From Minisyncoccota bacterium (GTDB lineage: Bacteria > Patescibacteriota > Minisyncoccia > Minisyncoccales > Minisyncoccaceae): a stretch of 64,000 bases of DNA. The notes beneath the pieces are model-generated. The model worked only from the letters and a program-made list of their open reading frames with translations, had not been told where the DNA came from and searched no databases. A program made the position numbers and the translations under genes. The stretch covers positions 17,949 to 81,948 of the forward strand of contig JBAYMT010000003.1 of assembly GCA_041663305.1 (NCBI GenBank). Reading direction: 5' to 3'. Below are positions 52,086 through 61,628 of this stretch, piece after piece. Numbering within the stretch: the first letter of the stretch is position 1; every line of letters starts with the position of its first letter.

Positions 52086-53111
52086 TTATAATACTAAATC
52101 AACATTCCTTTGCACTTCCGAAATAGTTCTTCCTACTGTTGGAATATTCGAAATGTTAATACTTGCTAATTGTTTTGGAATATTCTTAACCATTCCCGTC
52201 GCATTAAAAACAGCATCAAGACTGCTTGCATTCCTACTTCCAAAGACTAAACTCCTGAATATTGGAAATTTATCAATTCTTTGCGGATGCATCGCTTCTC
52301 CAAGCGTAAAAACATTATTTATTTCTTTTATTATTTCGCCCAAGCATTCCTCGCCATGTAAATATTTTAAAGCCTGGTAATTTTGTTTTTCAAACAGTTT
52401 TAAAAGATTTTCAACTGAAGACGCTTTCCCGTATTTCAATTCCGCCAAGTTCAAAATGATATCATTATTCTTCAATTCCTTCGAAAGCTTTGCTTTTCCA
52501 ATGCTTTCAAACTCACCTGCAGACAGATCAAATGGAACCATTTTATGCTTCAAACAAACATCCAGCAATCCAGACTTCTGGGCCATTGCTTCTATTGGCA
52601 TGTCGTCAAAAGACTGGGTTGCAATTTTTATATTTTTTACTCCTTTTTCTTCCAAATAAGATAGTACGGCATCCAAAAATTCAAGAGAGGTGTTTTCTCT
52701 CATATAATTATGAACGGGTGCAACCAATGTTGGCAATACTAAAACCTTTGTATCTTTTTTTAATTGTAAACAAGAAAGATCAGCTATTTTTTCAATCGCA
52801 TCCAGCAGATTATAATTTACCTTCCATATTGCAACAGCGTCATAACTGCCATCTGTCTCAAGATTCAGACTATCACCCACCTTTCGGTTTTCCATAGATT
52901 TATACGCATACCTGTTCCCATGTTCGTCTTCAATCACTAAAGCATAATAAGGAACCTTTGGGTGTAAAAGGCTTGGAATTGAAACTTTTGAGCTGGCAAT
53001 AACCTTTGCTTCTTTTGCCCTGATAACTTCAAGCTCAGAAAAACAAAAGGGACAAATAGAAACAGGATGTTGCCATTTCTTTTTGCATTTTGAACATTGA
53101 TAAAAAACCAT
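52086..53111 (-). CDS. fusion: DUF35-like Zn-ribbon/OB-fold domain + DUF362-like domain
   Basis: N-terminus YQCSKCKKKWQHPVSICPFC plus an OB-like segment (AKVIASSKVSIP...YYALVIEDEHGNRY). C-terminus KVLVLPTLVAPVHNYMRENTSLEFLDAVLSYLEEKGVKNIKIA resembles DUF362. Confidence 0.6.
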   Translation of the reverse strand: MVFYQCSKCKKKWQHPVSICPFCFSELEVIRAKEAKVIASSKVSIPSLLHPKVPYYALVIEDEHGNRYAYKSMENRKVGDSLNLETDGSYDAVAIWKVNYNLLDAIEKIADLSCLQLKKDTKVLVLPTLVAPVHNYMRENTSLEFLDAVLSYLEEKGVKNIKIATQSFDDMPIEAMAQKSGLLDVCLKHKMVPFDLSAGEFESIGKAKLSKELKNNDIILNLAELKYGKASSVENLLKLFEKQNYQALKYLHGEECLGEIIKEINNVFTLGEAMHPQRIDKFPIFRSLVFGSRNASSLDAVFNATGMVKNIPKQLASINISNIPTVGRTISEVQRNVDLVL

Positions 53112-53121
53112 AAGAATAAAA

Positions 53122-54243
53122 TTAAATTTTTTTAAAAATATGAACTGTCACACTTCCTCCAGCTCCTCCAATATTATGGGTAAGTCCGATGTTATGTTTT
53201 TTGACCTGCCTATCTCCACAGTCTCCTCTAAGTTGATGGACTATCTCGTAAATCTGAGCCAAGCCTGTTACCGAAATGGGATGCCCCTTAGCCTTAAGTC
53301 CTCCCGATACATTGATCGGCATCTCACCATCCAGGTTTATTTTTCCCGATCTTATCAATTCGGCCCCCTTTCCTTCTTCTGCAAAGCCAAGATCTTCATA
53401 AGAAATTAATTCAACCGAAGTAAAAGCATCATGTATTTCGGCAACATCAATATCTTTTGGAGTTATTCCTGCGTTCTCAAAAGCTTCTTTTGCCGCCATT
53501 TGAGTAGCTTTAAAATGGGTCATATCGTCTCTTCCAAAAGTAAGGATATAGTCTGTTGCAAAACCAGAACCTATTACCTCAATATCGCTTTTTTCACTTG
53601 AGAGAATAACTGCAGCCCCTCCATTAACCGATAGCGAACAATCCATTAATCTTAAGGGAGAAGATACTTCTGGAGAATTTTTTATTTTTTCAAGCTCAAG
53701 AGGCTTCTTATAAAAATAAGCCTTGGGATTCAAAGCTGCATTTTGATGGTTCTTGTGTGCGATAAGAGAAAGATCATCCATCGTTGCTCCATATTTTTTC
53801 ATATACGCCTGCCACACAAGCGCATTTTGGGTTGGAAAAAGCATTCCTTCGGTTTGCTCATAAACCCTTTCAGCAGCCGAAAGTATCCAATCGGTAGCCA
53901 CCTCGCTCCTATTATCGGCAAATTTCTCAGCCGCTAAAACCATAACGTTTTTAAACCCTTGCATTTTAAGGGCTGTCCAAAAAGCTGCGCCGCCTCCGCC
54001 GCATACAGATACCAGTTCTATAATCGGAACATTTGTTTTAAAAATGTCTGATAAAAATGATACTTTGTGTGTTTGATGCTCCCCTCCGGCAGCACTTGAA
54101 ATACTTGTGAAAACTATTGCGTCAATATCCGACATGGACATTTTTGCATCCTGCAATGCTTCAATTGCAGCACTATAAGCAAAATCCCACCAACTGCGGG
54201 TAGAATAGTCAAATTTCGTCATTCCAACTCCTTTTATATACAT
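53122..54243 (-). CDS. thiolase-fold protein, archaeal/SCP-x type
   Basis: VSVCGGGGAAF (nucleophile Cys), EIHDAFT, GHPISVTG, NIGGAGGS. About 370 aa and lacks the second catalytic Cys region of biosynthetic thiolase II. Confidence 0.8.
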   Translation of the reverse strand: MYIKGVGMTKFDYSTRSWWDFAYSAAIEALQDAKMSMSDIDAIVFTSISSAAGGEHQTHKVSFLSDIFKTNVPIIELVSVCGGGGAAFWTALKMQGFKNVMVLAAEKFADNRSEVATDWILSAAERVYEQTEGMLFPTQNALVWQAYMKKYGATMDDLSLIAHKNHQNAALNPKAYFYKKPLELEKIKNSPEVSSPLRLMDCSLSVNGGAAVILSSEKSDIEVIGSGFATDYILTFGRDDMTHFKATQMAAKEAFENAGITPKDIDVAEIHDAFTSVELISYEDLGFAEEGKGAELIRSGKINLDGEMPINVSGGLKAKGHPISVTGLAQIYEIVHQLRGDCGDRQVKKHNIGLTHNIGGAGGSVTVHIFKKI

Positions 54244-54350
54244 ATCAAAAAAATAAAAATGATAATTTTATGTAATAATATTAACTTTATTTCCCCTAAT
54301 CCCAAAACAAATTATCCCCACTAACCTTCGTTAGGTAAAACATTTACTTT

Positions 54351-55967
54351 TTAATCTAACCCATCGGTATTGCCTATTTTTTTGAATTCCTCGTCAGTAA
54401 GAGTAAAAATTTCCTTGACCAAACTATTATCTTGAGGTCCGACAAAATATCCGCATGAATAGCTTATTTCTTCCAAATCACCCAATGTTTGTCCTCCTCC
54501 CCCAAGACATCCTTTTGGGCAAGCCATTACCTCTAAATAATCATATGCTCCTATGTCTTTTTTTAGATCATTAACGATTTTTTTAGCCCTGCCCAGTCCA
54601 TACACTATTCCCACCCTGATCTTTCTTCCATTTGATATGATTTCCGTTTCCAATCCATTTTCTATTCCGCTTATTTTTTTAAATTCTATTCCCCCCGCCT
54701 CGCTGCCCATTGTCTTTTCGTAAAAAAGCTTTATCCCCATTCGCACAATATCCTCATTGCTGTTGTATGGATTAATACTTTTGATAAATACATTTTTAAA
54801 ATCCTGTTCATTTACCTTTTCTATATCCAAATCTTTAAGCAAGGTATACATCTCACTCAAGGTAAGAGAAAAATCTACCGACTTGTATTTGCCCCAAAAA
54901 GAACTTTTTCCTAATATTTCAAATTTTTTTGAAGTGCACGGGGCTATAGAAATAACATAAATATTTTCCCCTTTCATTCCTTTTTTTAACAAATAGTTCT
55001 TTATGCTTGCTCCGCAAATTATGTGAGGAGACTTGTTTTTACTAAGGCAATCATTCAATTCTGGATGATAAGTTTTTATATACCTCACCCAAGCTGGACA
55101 ATGCGATGTAAATAAACATTTTTTCTCATTATTTGCGGCCCTAGAAATAAATGCAGAAGATTCTTTTTCTACAATTACGTCTACCGCATAAGAAGTATCA
55201 AAGACCATATCGGCTCCTAATAATTTTAATGCGCGCGAAAAAGAGCTTATATCCCACCTATCGCCAAGCTCTTTACACAGCGACATTATCATTCCCGATG
55301 AAAATTGAAAAACCACATGATTATTTTTTTTACCCAAAATGTTTTTCACTTCAGCAATAGAACTTACTTCTTCAAATGCACCGCTCGGACAATGAGAAAG
55401 GCATTGTCCGCAAAAAACGCACTCTTTTCCCTTACAAGTTGTTATTTTAGAAAACCCATCAATCCTTTCTTTTTGTAAAAACCCAACCCCTTGATTATTG
55501 CAAACTTGAACGCAATTATTACAGTTGATACACTTGCTAGAGTCAAAGCTTATTGCCGGACCAAATTGCATTTTTGTTGAAAAAGTGCTTTTCTTTTTCT
55601 TGAGGTCAAAATCGCATTTTTTAGCGATATCAAGTATTTTACAATGATTTTTCCTGCGACAACTGATACAATTCTGGCAATGCTTAGAAAAAATCAGCTC
55701 AAAGTTTGTGTTTCTGGTTTTTTTAATCTCTTCATTTTCTGTTTCAATCTCCATTCCTTCCTCTATTTTTGTGTTGCAAGCAGTATGCAGCCCTTTTCTT
55801 CCTTTGATTGAAACTAGACATAATCGACAGCTTGATTCCGGTTTTATATCTTTGCAATAGCACAATCCGATTATGTCGATCCGGTTCCTATTCGCAACAT
55901 TCATTATTGATTCGTTTTTCTCGCCCTGCAAGACATGCCCGTTTATTTTTATTGTTAATTTATCCAT
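54351..55967 (-). CDS. [FeFe]-hydrogenase-like protein (2Fe-2S + 4Fe-4S N-domains, H-cluster domain with variant L1 motif)
   Basis: SCRLCLV (2Fe-2S), CINCNNCVQVC and CVFCGQCLSHCP (4Fe-4S). H-cluster signatures FTSHCPAW (canonical TSCCP), APCTSKKFE (MPCxxKxxE), EVMACPKGCLGGGGQ. Confidence 0.75.
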   Translation of the reverse strand: MDKLTIKINGHVLQGEKNESIMNVANRNRIDIIGLCYCKDIKPESSCRLCLVSIKGRKGLHTACNTKIEEGMEIETENEEIKKTRNTNFELIFSKHCQNCISCRRKNHCKILDIAKKCDFDLKKKKSTFSTKMQFGPAISFDSSKCINCNNCVQVCNNQGVGFLQKERIDGFSKITTCKGKECVFCGQCLSHCPSGAFEEVSSIAEVKNILGKKNNHVVFQFSSGMIMSLCKELGDRWDISSFSRALKLLGADMVFDTSYAVDVIVEKESSAFISRAANNEKKCLFTSHCPAWVRYIKTYHPELNDCLSKNKSPHIICGASIKNYLLKKGMKGENIYVISIAPCTSKKFEILGKSSFWGKYKSVDFSLTLSEMYTLLKDLDIEKVNEQDFKNVFIKSINPYNSNEDIVRMGIKLFYEKTMGSEAGGIEFKKISGIENGLETEIISNGRKIRVGIVYGLGRAKKIVNDLKKDIGAYDYLEVMACPKGCLGGGGQTLGDLEEISYSCGYFVGPQDNSLVKEIFTLTDEEFKKIGNTDGLD

Positions 55968-56940
55968 TTTTCATTATTTTTTTTAAAAAACTGTTTAGTG
56001 AATTTGCTGCGCCCTTGCCGAAATAGCAAAAACTAGAATTCTCCAAACTAAATAATATCCCGTTTATTTTTTCCCGATCAAACTCTTTTTTCCTTGCCAT
56101 TTCGTAAATTTCAAAAAATCCTTCCCTGCAGGGAGTGCATTTATCGCAGTTTCCTTTATGAAAAAACTCTGCCATTTCTTGAACCAGCTCAAAATTATCT
56201 ACTCTTTCCTGATCAAAAATTTCAATTACTCCAAGCCCAGAAAAATTAATGCTTAATTCTTTGGGAAAATAAAAACTCCCGAATTTTCCTCCTATACGGA
56301 CAAAAAATTTAAAATCAGGATAGTTGCCGGTTTTTCTTAAAACATCTTCAATGGTCAGATCGCACGGTAATTCATACACTCCTTTTTTTGTGGCATTGCC
56401 AATAACAGAAAAAAATCTTTTATTTTTGTATTCACCTTTCAATATTTTGCTTATGCAATAAAAAGTTTCAACATTATTTATCAATGTTGGCATTCCATAC
56501 AATCCGTCTTTCGTTAAAAAAGGTGGCTTTGATCTTGGAAATGCGCCCCCTCCTTCAATTACTTCGCAAATAACAGTTTCTTCTCCTCCTATGTACCCCA
56601 CGTCTGGCTTTTTAAATATTTCGATTTTGTCCTTATCGATTATCTTAGATAGCCTTTCTTTATATTTTTCAAAGTAATCGGATCTCAGATAAAAATATGC
56701 CTTTTCTGCATTTAAAAAATCGACTGCCGACTTTATTCCGAAGACAACATCATCCAAATAATTGTCCATTATGTATCCGTCTTTAGATGATTCGATTTCG
56801 CCATCTGCCCCGTTGCATATTACATATTTTCTGCCATTTTGCTTGCTTGCAATATCCCATTTTAGCCAGGCTTCAAAATTGCCTCCACCCCTGCCTCTCA
56901 ATCCCGACTCTCTTATTTTTTCTATTATATCTTTTTCCAT
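55960..56940 (-). CDS. NuoF/HydB-like flavoprotein subunit (short form)
   Basis: GLRGRGGGNFEAWLKW (cf. GLRGRGGAGFPTGxKW) and CDKCTPCREG (N3 4Fe-4S motif). 8-nt overlap with the hydrogenase-like gene. Confidence 0.7.
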   Translation of the reverse strand: MEKDIIEKIRESGLRGRGGGNFEAWLKWDIASKQNGRKYVICNGADGEIESSKDGYIMDNYLDDVVFGIKSAVDFLNAEKAYFYLRSDYFEKYKERLSKIIDKDKIEIFKKPDVGYIGGEETVICEVIEGGGAFPRSKPPFLTKDGLYGMPTLINNVETFYCISKILKGEYKNKRFFSVIGNATKKGVYELPCDLTIEDVLRKTGNYPDFKFFVRIGGKFGSFYFPKELSINFSGLGVIEIFDQERVDNFELVQEMAEFFHKGNCDKCTPCREGFFEIYEMARKKEFDREKINGILFSLENSSFCYFGKGAANSLNSFLKKIMKNG

Positions 56941-57029
56941 GATTTTTCGATTATATCAATTTAAGAAATAGATTGATATGATTTATTCCCCAATTAAAAA
57001 CCTGCCATTCGGCAGGTAGTTCTTTGTAT

Positions 57030-57725
57030 TTATATTCCGTGTCTTCGTTCGCGATTTCCGTAATCAGTAATTGTTTTTTCAAAACTTTCGGCACCATAGT
57101 CAGGAAAATATTCATTGGTGAAGGTTAGTTGTGAATATGCTGTATCCCACATCATAAAACCAGCCGAATTATGAGGATCACTTTCACACCCCGTCCTAAT
57201 CACAAGATCAACACTAGGCAATTCTGCCGTCCATAAGTTCTTTTTTATATTTTCGGGAGTTACCTCAAGATTCTGATCTTTTAGCTTTTTTATGCAATCG
57301 ATCATTTCATCGTTTCCATTATACGCCATCATAAAAACAAGGCAGTGCCCTTTATAATCCTTAGTTTTTTCTGCCAATTTTTTAATGACTTCCTTCAGCG
57401 AATCAGGAAAAACCTCTTCCCATCGGCCCAAAATCATCACTCGTACAGAATTTTCATGGACTTTTGGTTCATTTATCAAACGCTTGAAATATTCCTCAAA
57501 AATATTGAACAAACAAGCCACCTCATCTTCGGATCTCTTTGTGATATTATCAAAAGAAGCTCCCCAGAAAGTGAGGAATTTTATGTCTAATTCAAGCGCT
57601 TTTGATAGTAACTCTTCAAACTTCTTAGCTCCATTCTGATGACCCATAAAAGGAGGCAAACCTCTTTTTTTAGCCCATCTTCTATTCCCGTCGGGAATAA
57701 TAGCAATATGATTAGGAATATTCAT
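57030..57725 (-). CDS. uppS: undecaprenyl-diphosphate synthase (cis-prenyltransferase)
   Basis: HIAIIPDGNRRWAKKRGL, LTFWGASFDN, DLVIRTG, ERRHG. Confidence 0.9.
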   Translation of the reverse strand: MNIPNHIAIIPDGNRRWAKKRGLPPFMGHQNGAKKFEELLSKALELDIKFLTFWGASFDNITKRSEDEVACLFNIFEEYFKRLINEPKVHENSVRVMILGRWEEVFPDSLKEVIKKLAEKTKDYKGHCLVFMMAYNGNDEMIDCIKKLKDQNLEVTPENIKKNLWTAELPSVDLVIRTGCESDPHNSAGFMMWDTAYSQLTFTNEYFPDYGAESFEKTITDYGNRERRHGI

Positions 57726-57949
57726 TATGTTTACGGTTTATTTTGGTCAATTATCTTGATAGCTTGTCCTGCGTCCTCTTTAGCCATAATGTATCCCAGC
57801 GAAAAAGACAGTAAAGAAACAAGAATTACCGCTATAACAAGGATAATTTGAGGCTCGTTAGCTTTGACAAAATCACCTATTTTTGCTAACATTTTAAATA
57901 CTTAATTAGTAATGGCTGATATACATTATTTAATCAGCAAAACGAGAAA

Positions 57950-58222
57950 ATGTCAAAAACAAAAGCCGCAGGTACAAGCCGATTGGGCAGAGATTCTCAG
58001 CCTAAATATCTTGGTGTCAAGCTTTTTGGAGGACAAGTTGCTAAGAATGGCAGCATTATTGTCCGCCAAAGAGGTAGCAAATTCACTCCCGGAATCAATA
58101 CTAAAAAAGGAAAGGATGACACCATTTATGCCGTAAAAGAAGGAAAAGTATCTTTTTCTACAAAAAGAAAAATGAACTTTGACGGAAAAACAAGATTTAT
58201 AAAAGAAGTATCTGTTCAATAA
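57950..58222 (+). CDS. rpmA: 50S ribosomal protein L27
   Basis: [25 protein letters not shown]...[13 protein letters not shown]...GKDDTIYA. Confidence 0.95.
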   Translation: MSKTKAAGTSRLGRDSQPKYLGVKLFGGQVAKNGSIIVRQRGSKFTPGINTKKGKDDTIYAVKEGKVSFSTKRKMNFDGKTRFIKEVSVQ

Positions 58223-58260
58223 AAAAATAAAAAAGACCGGACTTTCCGGTTTTTTTGTTA

Positions 58261-59880
58261 CTATTTTTTAAAACAGCTTTTTATAAACTCCACAAATAAC
58301 GGATGTGGAGACAATGGCCTAGACCTTAACTCTGGATGGAACTGGACTCCCACAAAAAAAGGATGATCTTTTATCTCTATTATCTCAACCAAATCCTTCT
58401 CCAAATTTTTTCCAGCAACAACCAAGCCCTTCTCTTCTAATTGCTTTCTATATTTATTGTTTAGCTCGTAGCGATGACGATGACGCTCAGAAATGTCGTC
58501 CCTATTGTAGGCCTTCCTGCTTATGGTTCCTAGGATCAATCTGCAATCCCATGCCCCCAGTCTCATTGTTGCCCCATAATCTTTTTTCTTTAGCAAACTT
58601 TTCTGTTCCTCCATTATATCTATTACCGGTTCGCTTGTTTTCGGATCAAACTCTCTTGAAGTGGCTCCTGTAATTCCACAAACACTCCTAGCAAACTCTA
58701 TTGTTGCAAGTTGCATCCCTAAACACAATCCAAAAAAAGGTATCCTGTTTTCTCTGCAAAAATTGATGGCTTTTATTTTCCCCTCAATACCTCTTACTCC
58801 GAATCCCCCCGGAACAATAATTCCATCATAATTTTTCAAACTATCCAATTTTGTTTTATCGGTTTCCAATTTTTGAGCAGAAAGCCATTCTATCACCGGC
58901 TCTCGGTCACAAGCCCAACAGGCATGCTTGACAGACTCGATTACAGATAAATAAGAATCTGTGAGAGAAAATTCTCCCGATTCAAAATACTTCCCCACAA
59001 TTCCTACTTTTACTGGTGGTTTTTCTTTCTTTATTGTAAGCACCAGATTTTCCCAATCTGAAAAATCTTTCTTCCTTGCCTTTAGCCTTAATTTCTTTAA
59101 AATTCTATCCCCTAAGCCCTCCTTTTCAAAATTCAACGGAATTTCATATATAGAGTCTACATCAGGAGCAGATATTACATCTCTTGAGTCCAAATTGCAA
59201 AAAATAGATATTTTTTTCTTTCTTGGTTCATCAAGGGGAACGGAAGCCCGCCCTAAAATAAAATCTGCCTGAATACCAGCTTCATTCAAAAGCCTTGCCG
59301 AGGTTTGCGTTGGCTTAGTTTTCATTTCCCCTATGGTTTTAATGGTAGGCAAATATGTCACCAAGACAAACAATGTATTCCGTGGATTTTGCAGCTTCAT
59401 CATTCTTGCTGCTTCAAGAAATAGTAAATTCTGATACTCTCCCACTGTTCCTCCTATTTCTATCAATACAAAATCACTTTTTGTGTTTTTTGCAACCCTT
59501 CTTATCCTTGATATCACTTCATTGGGAATGTCCGGAACAACCTCAACACATTTCCCCTGAAATTCTAAATTCCTTTCTTTCTGAATCACGGAAAGATATA
59601 CCTTCCCGGTAGTCATATAATTATCACTTCCAATATCTTGATTTAAAAATCTTTCGTAATTGCCTATATCCTGATCACATTCAGTTCCATCGTCTGTCAC
59701 AAAGACTTCCCCATGTTCAACAGGATTCATGGTGCCTGCATCCACATTTATGTAAGGATCTATCTTTACAGCGGTAACTTTAAATCCTTTACTTTCTAAT
59801 ATTTTTGCAATAGAAGCAGTTGCTGCGCCCTTGCCGACGCTCGACATGACTCCTCCCGCAACAAAGATATAATTTGCCAT
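58261..59880 (-). CDS. pyrG: CTP synthase
   Basis: YIFVAGGVMSSVGKG, DPYINVDAGTM, and a GATase domain with GLCLGMQ and HRHRYE. Confidence 0.95.
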   Translation of the reverse strand: MANYIFVAGGVMSSVGKGAATASIAKILESKGFKVTAVKIDPYINVDAGTMNPVEHGEVFVTDDGTECDQDIGNYERFLNQDIGSDNYMTTGKVYLSVIQKERNLEFQGKCVEVVPDIPNEVISRIRRVAKNTKSDFVLIEIGGTVGEYQNLLFLEAARMMKLQNPRNTLFVLVTYLPTIKTIGEMKTKPTQTSARLLNEAGIQADFILGRASVPLDEPRKKKISIFCNLDSRDVISAPDVDSIYEIPLNFEKEGLGDRILKKLRLKARKKDFSDWENLVLTIKKEKPPVKVGIVGKYFESGEFSLTDSYLSVIESVKHACWACDREPVIEWLSAQKLETDKTKLDSLKNYDGIIVPGGFGVRGIEGKIKAINFCRENRIPFFGLCLGMQLATIEFARSVCGITGATSREFDPKTSEPVIDIMEEQKSLLKKKDYGATMRLGAWDCRLILGTISRKAYNRDDISERHRHRYELNNKYRKQLEEKGLVVAGKNLEKDLVEIIEIKDHPFFVGVQFHPELRSRPLSPHPLFVEFIKSCFKK

Positions 59881-59916
59881 ATTTTTATATAAAAAAAAGA
59901 AGAGACAAAATCTCTC

Positions 59917-60360
59917 CTATTGTTCGCAGACAACAACTTTTACTTCAGTCTCAAAGCCGTGGTCCAACTTAATTTTTACATTATAGTCGCCTTTTTGTTT
60001 GATGTGGTCCTCAAAATCAATATGATTTTTTTCGATATTAAACCCCATTTCCTTTAATCTTTCAGCAATCTTTATTTTAGTGATAGATTCAAACAATTGC
60101 CCTTCCTCGCCTACCCTCACCGGTATCTTTACCTCCATTCCTCTCATCTTTTCGGCAATAGTCTTGTTTTCAGCAGTTTCTTTTTCTAATCGTATTTTAT
60201 CTATTTTTGCTTTTTCTTCTAAAGAAGCCAGAGTTTCTTTTGTTGCTAAAACAGCTAGTTTTTTTGGCAATAGGAAATTTCTTGCGTATCCGCTTGGAAC
60301 CTCTTTCACCTCATTCATCTTCCCTATTTTATCAACATTTTTCAATAAGATAACCTTCAT
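59917..60360 (-). CDS. rplI: 50S ribosomal protein L9
   Basis: MKVILLKNVDKIGKMNEVKEVPSGYARNFLLPKKLA. Confidence 0.95.
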   Translation of the reverse strand: MKVILLKNVDKIGKMNEVKEVPSGYARNFLLPKKLAVLATKETLASLEEKAKIDKIRLEKETAENKTIAEKMRGMEVKIPVRVGEEGQLFESITKIKIAERLKEMGFNIEKNHIDFEDHIKQKGDYNVKIKLDHGFETEVKVVVCEQ

Positions 60361-60364
60361 TTTT

Positions 60365-61564
60365 TTATTTTATTATCTTTTTTATCTCTTCAAAAGCCTT
60401 ATCCAATTGCGGGTCTTTATTCTTCTCGTAATCGCTTTCGGTAATTTTTACTTCTATATCCGGCTTAATTCCAGTATCTTGTATTCGGACGCCACTAGGA
60501 GTAAACCATTTTGCAACAGTAACCTTCAAACTCGACCCTCCCGGAAAATCAACTACCTTTTGGACTGTTCCTTTTCCATAAGAAGTTTGTCCTATTATTT
60601 TAATTCCTCTCCCGTCTCTCAATGCCCCTGCCATAATTTCCGACGCCGAAGCGCTTCCTTCATTCACTAGAATAACCATCGGAATATTCTCTAATCCCCC
60701 ATAGCCGGAAGAAACCGTCGATTTTTTATTCTGGAACTTATCCTGCTCTATATATATAACAGCATCTTTCTTTAAAAACCAGCTCACAACTTCCTGCGTC
60801 TGATTAACCAATCCTCCCGGATTATTTCGAAGATCAAGTATGACTCCATCAACCTCTGATAATTTAGGTATCTCTTTTTTGAAGTCTGCATATAATCCTT
60901 CAGAAAAATGATAAATACTCAAAACAGCTATTTTTTTGCCTTTTTCTTCTTTTATTTCCACATCTATCGTGGGAACCTTTATTATATCTCTTACTATTTC
61001 TATATTCTTTATTGCCGCTCCCCTAGAAATTGTAAGTTCTACTTTCGTTCCCTTTTCTCCTTTTATCTTTCTAATCACATCATCTATTGGCATATCAGCA
61101 ATAGATTCCTTATCTACTTGCAAAATTATATCCCCAGAAAGTATTCCTGCCCGTTCGGCCGGTGTTCCTTTTATGGGGGCTATAACCTTCAGCTTTCCTT
61201 CTTTTGATCCTACCTGCACCCCAATTCCGCTAAAAGAACCAGCAATATCGTCTTTAAAAGCTATTGCCTCCTTCGGATCAAAAAACACGGTATAAGGGTC
61301 ATCTAGCGACTTAACAGCACCGGCAATCACACCATAAGTAACCTTTTCCGAATTTATTTTATCCGAATCAACAAAGCTGTTATTCAACTCTTTTATTACA
61401 TTGCCAAGCAGTAAAAGATCTACACCTGCTAAACTCTCCTGAGCCGAATCATATTTCTTTTGCCATATATACTGATTAAAATAAAACCCGCTTAAAAAGG
61501 ATACGATAACAATTATTAAAACTGTAATAGCCAATGCATAATTAGCCCGATTCGAAATATTCAT
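60365..61564 (-). CDS. S41 family C-terminal processing peptidase
   Basis: N-terminal anchor. PDZ (GIGVQV...PAERAGILSGDIIL), DLRNNPGG, GSASASEI (Ser), SYGKGTVQ (Lys). Confidence 0.9.
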   Translation of the reverse strand: MNISNRANYALAITVLIIVIVSFLSGFYFNQYIWQKKYDSAQESLAGVDLLLLGNVIKELNNSFVDSDKINSEKVTYGVIAGAVKSLDDPYTVFFDPKEAIAFKDDIAGSFSGIGVQVGSKEGKLKVIAPIKGTPAERAGILSGDIILQVDKESIADMPIDDVIRKIKGEKGTKVELTISRGAAIKNIEIVRDIIKVPTIDVEIKEEKGKKIAVLSIYHFSEGLYADFKKEIPKLSEVDGVILDLRNNPGGLVNQTQEVVSWFLKKDAVIYIEQDKFQNKKSTVSSGYGGLENIPMVILVNEGSASASEIMAGALRDGRGIKIIGQTSYGKGTVQKVVDFPGGSSLKVTVAKWFTPSGVRIQDTGIKPDIEVKITESDYEKNKDPQLDKAFEEIKKIIK

Positions 61565-61628
61565 GTTTTGTTTATTTTATTTACCCTCATTATACAGAAT
61601 AAGCTTGGGAATTGCAAAGAAAGCAATT

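Noticed and set aside
57731-57893. Apparent 53-aa small membrane protein on the minus strand between uppS and rpmA
   Set aside because: Base-by-base re-reading showed I had dropped one A (ACAAAGG). The real frame is only 37 codons and loses the hydrophobic helix, so it is not reported.
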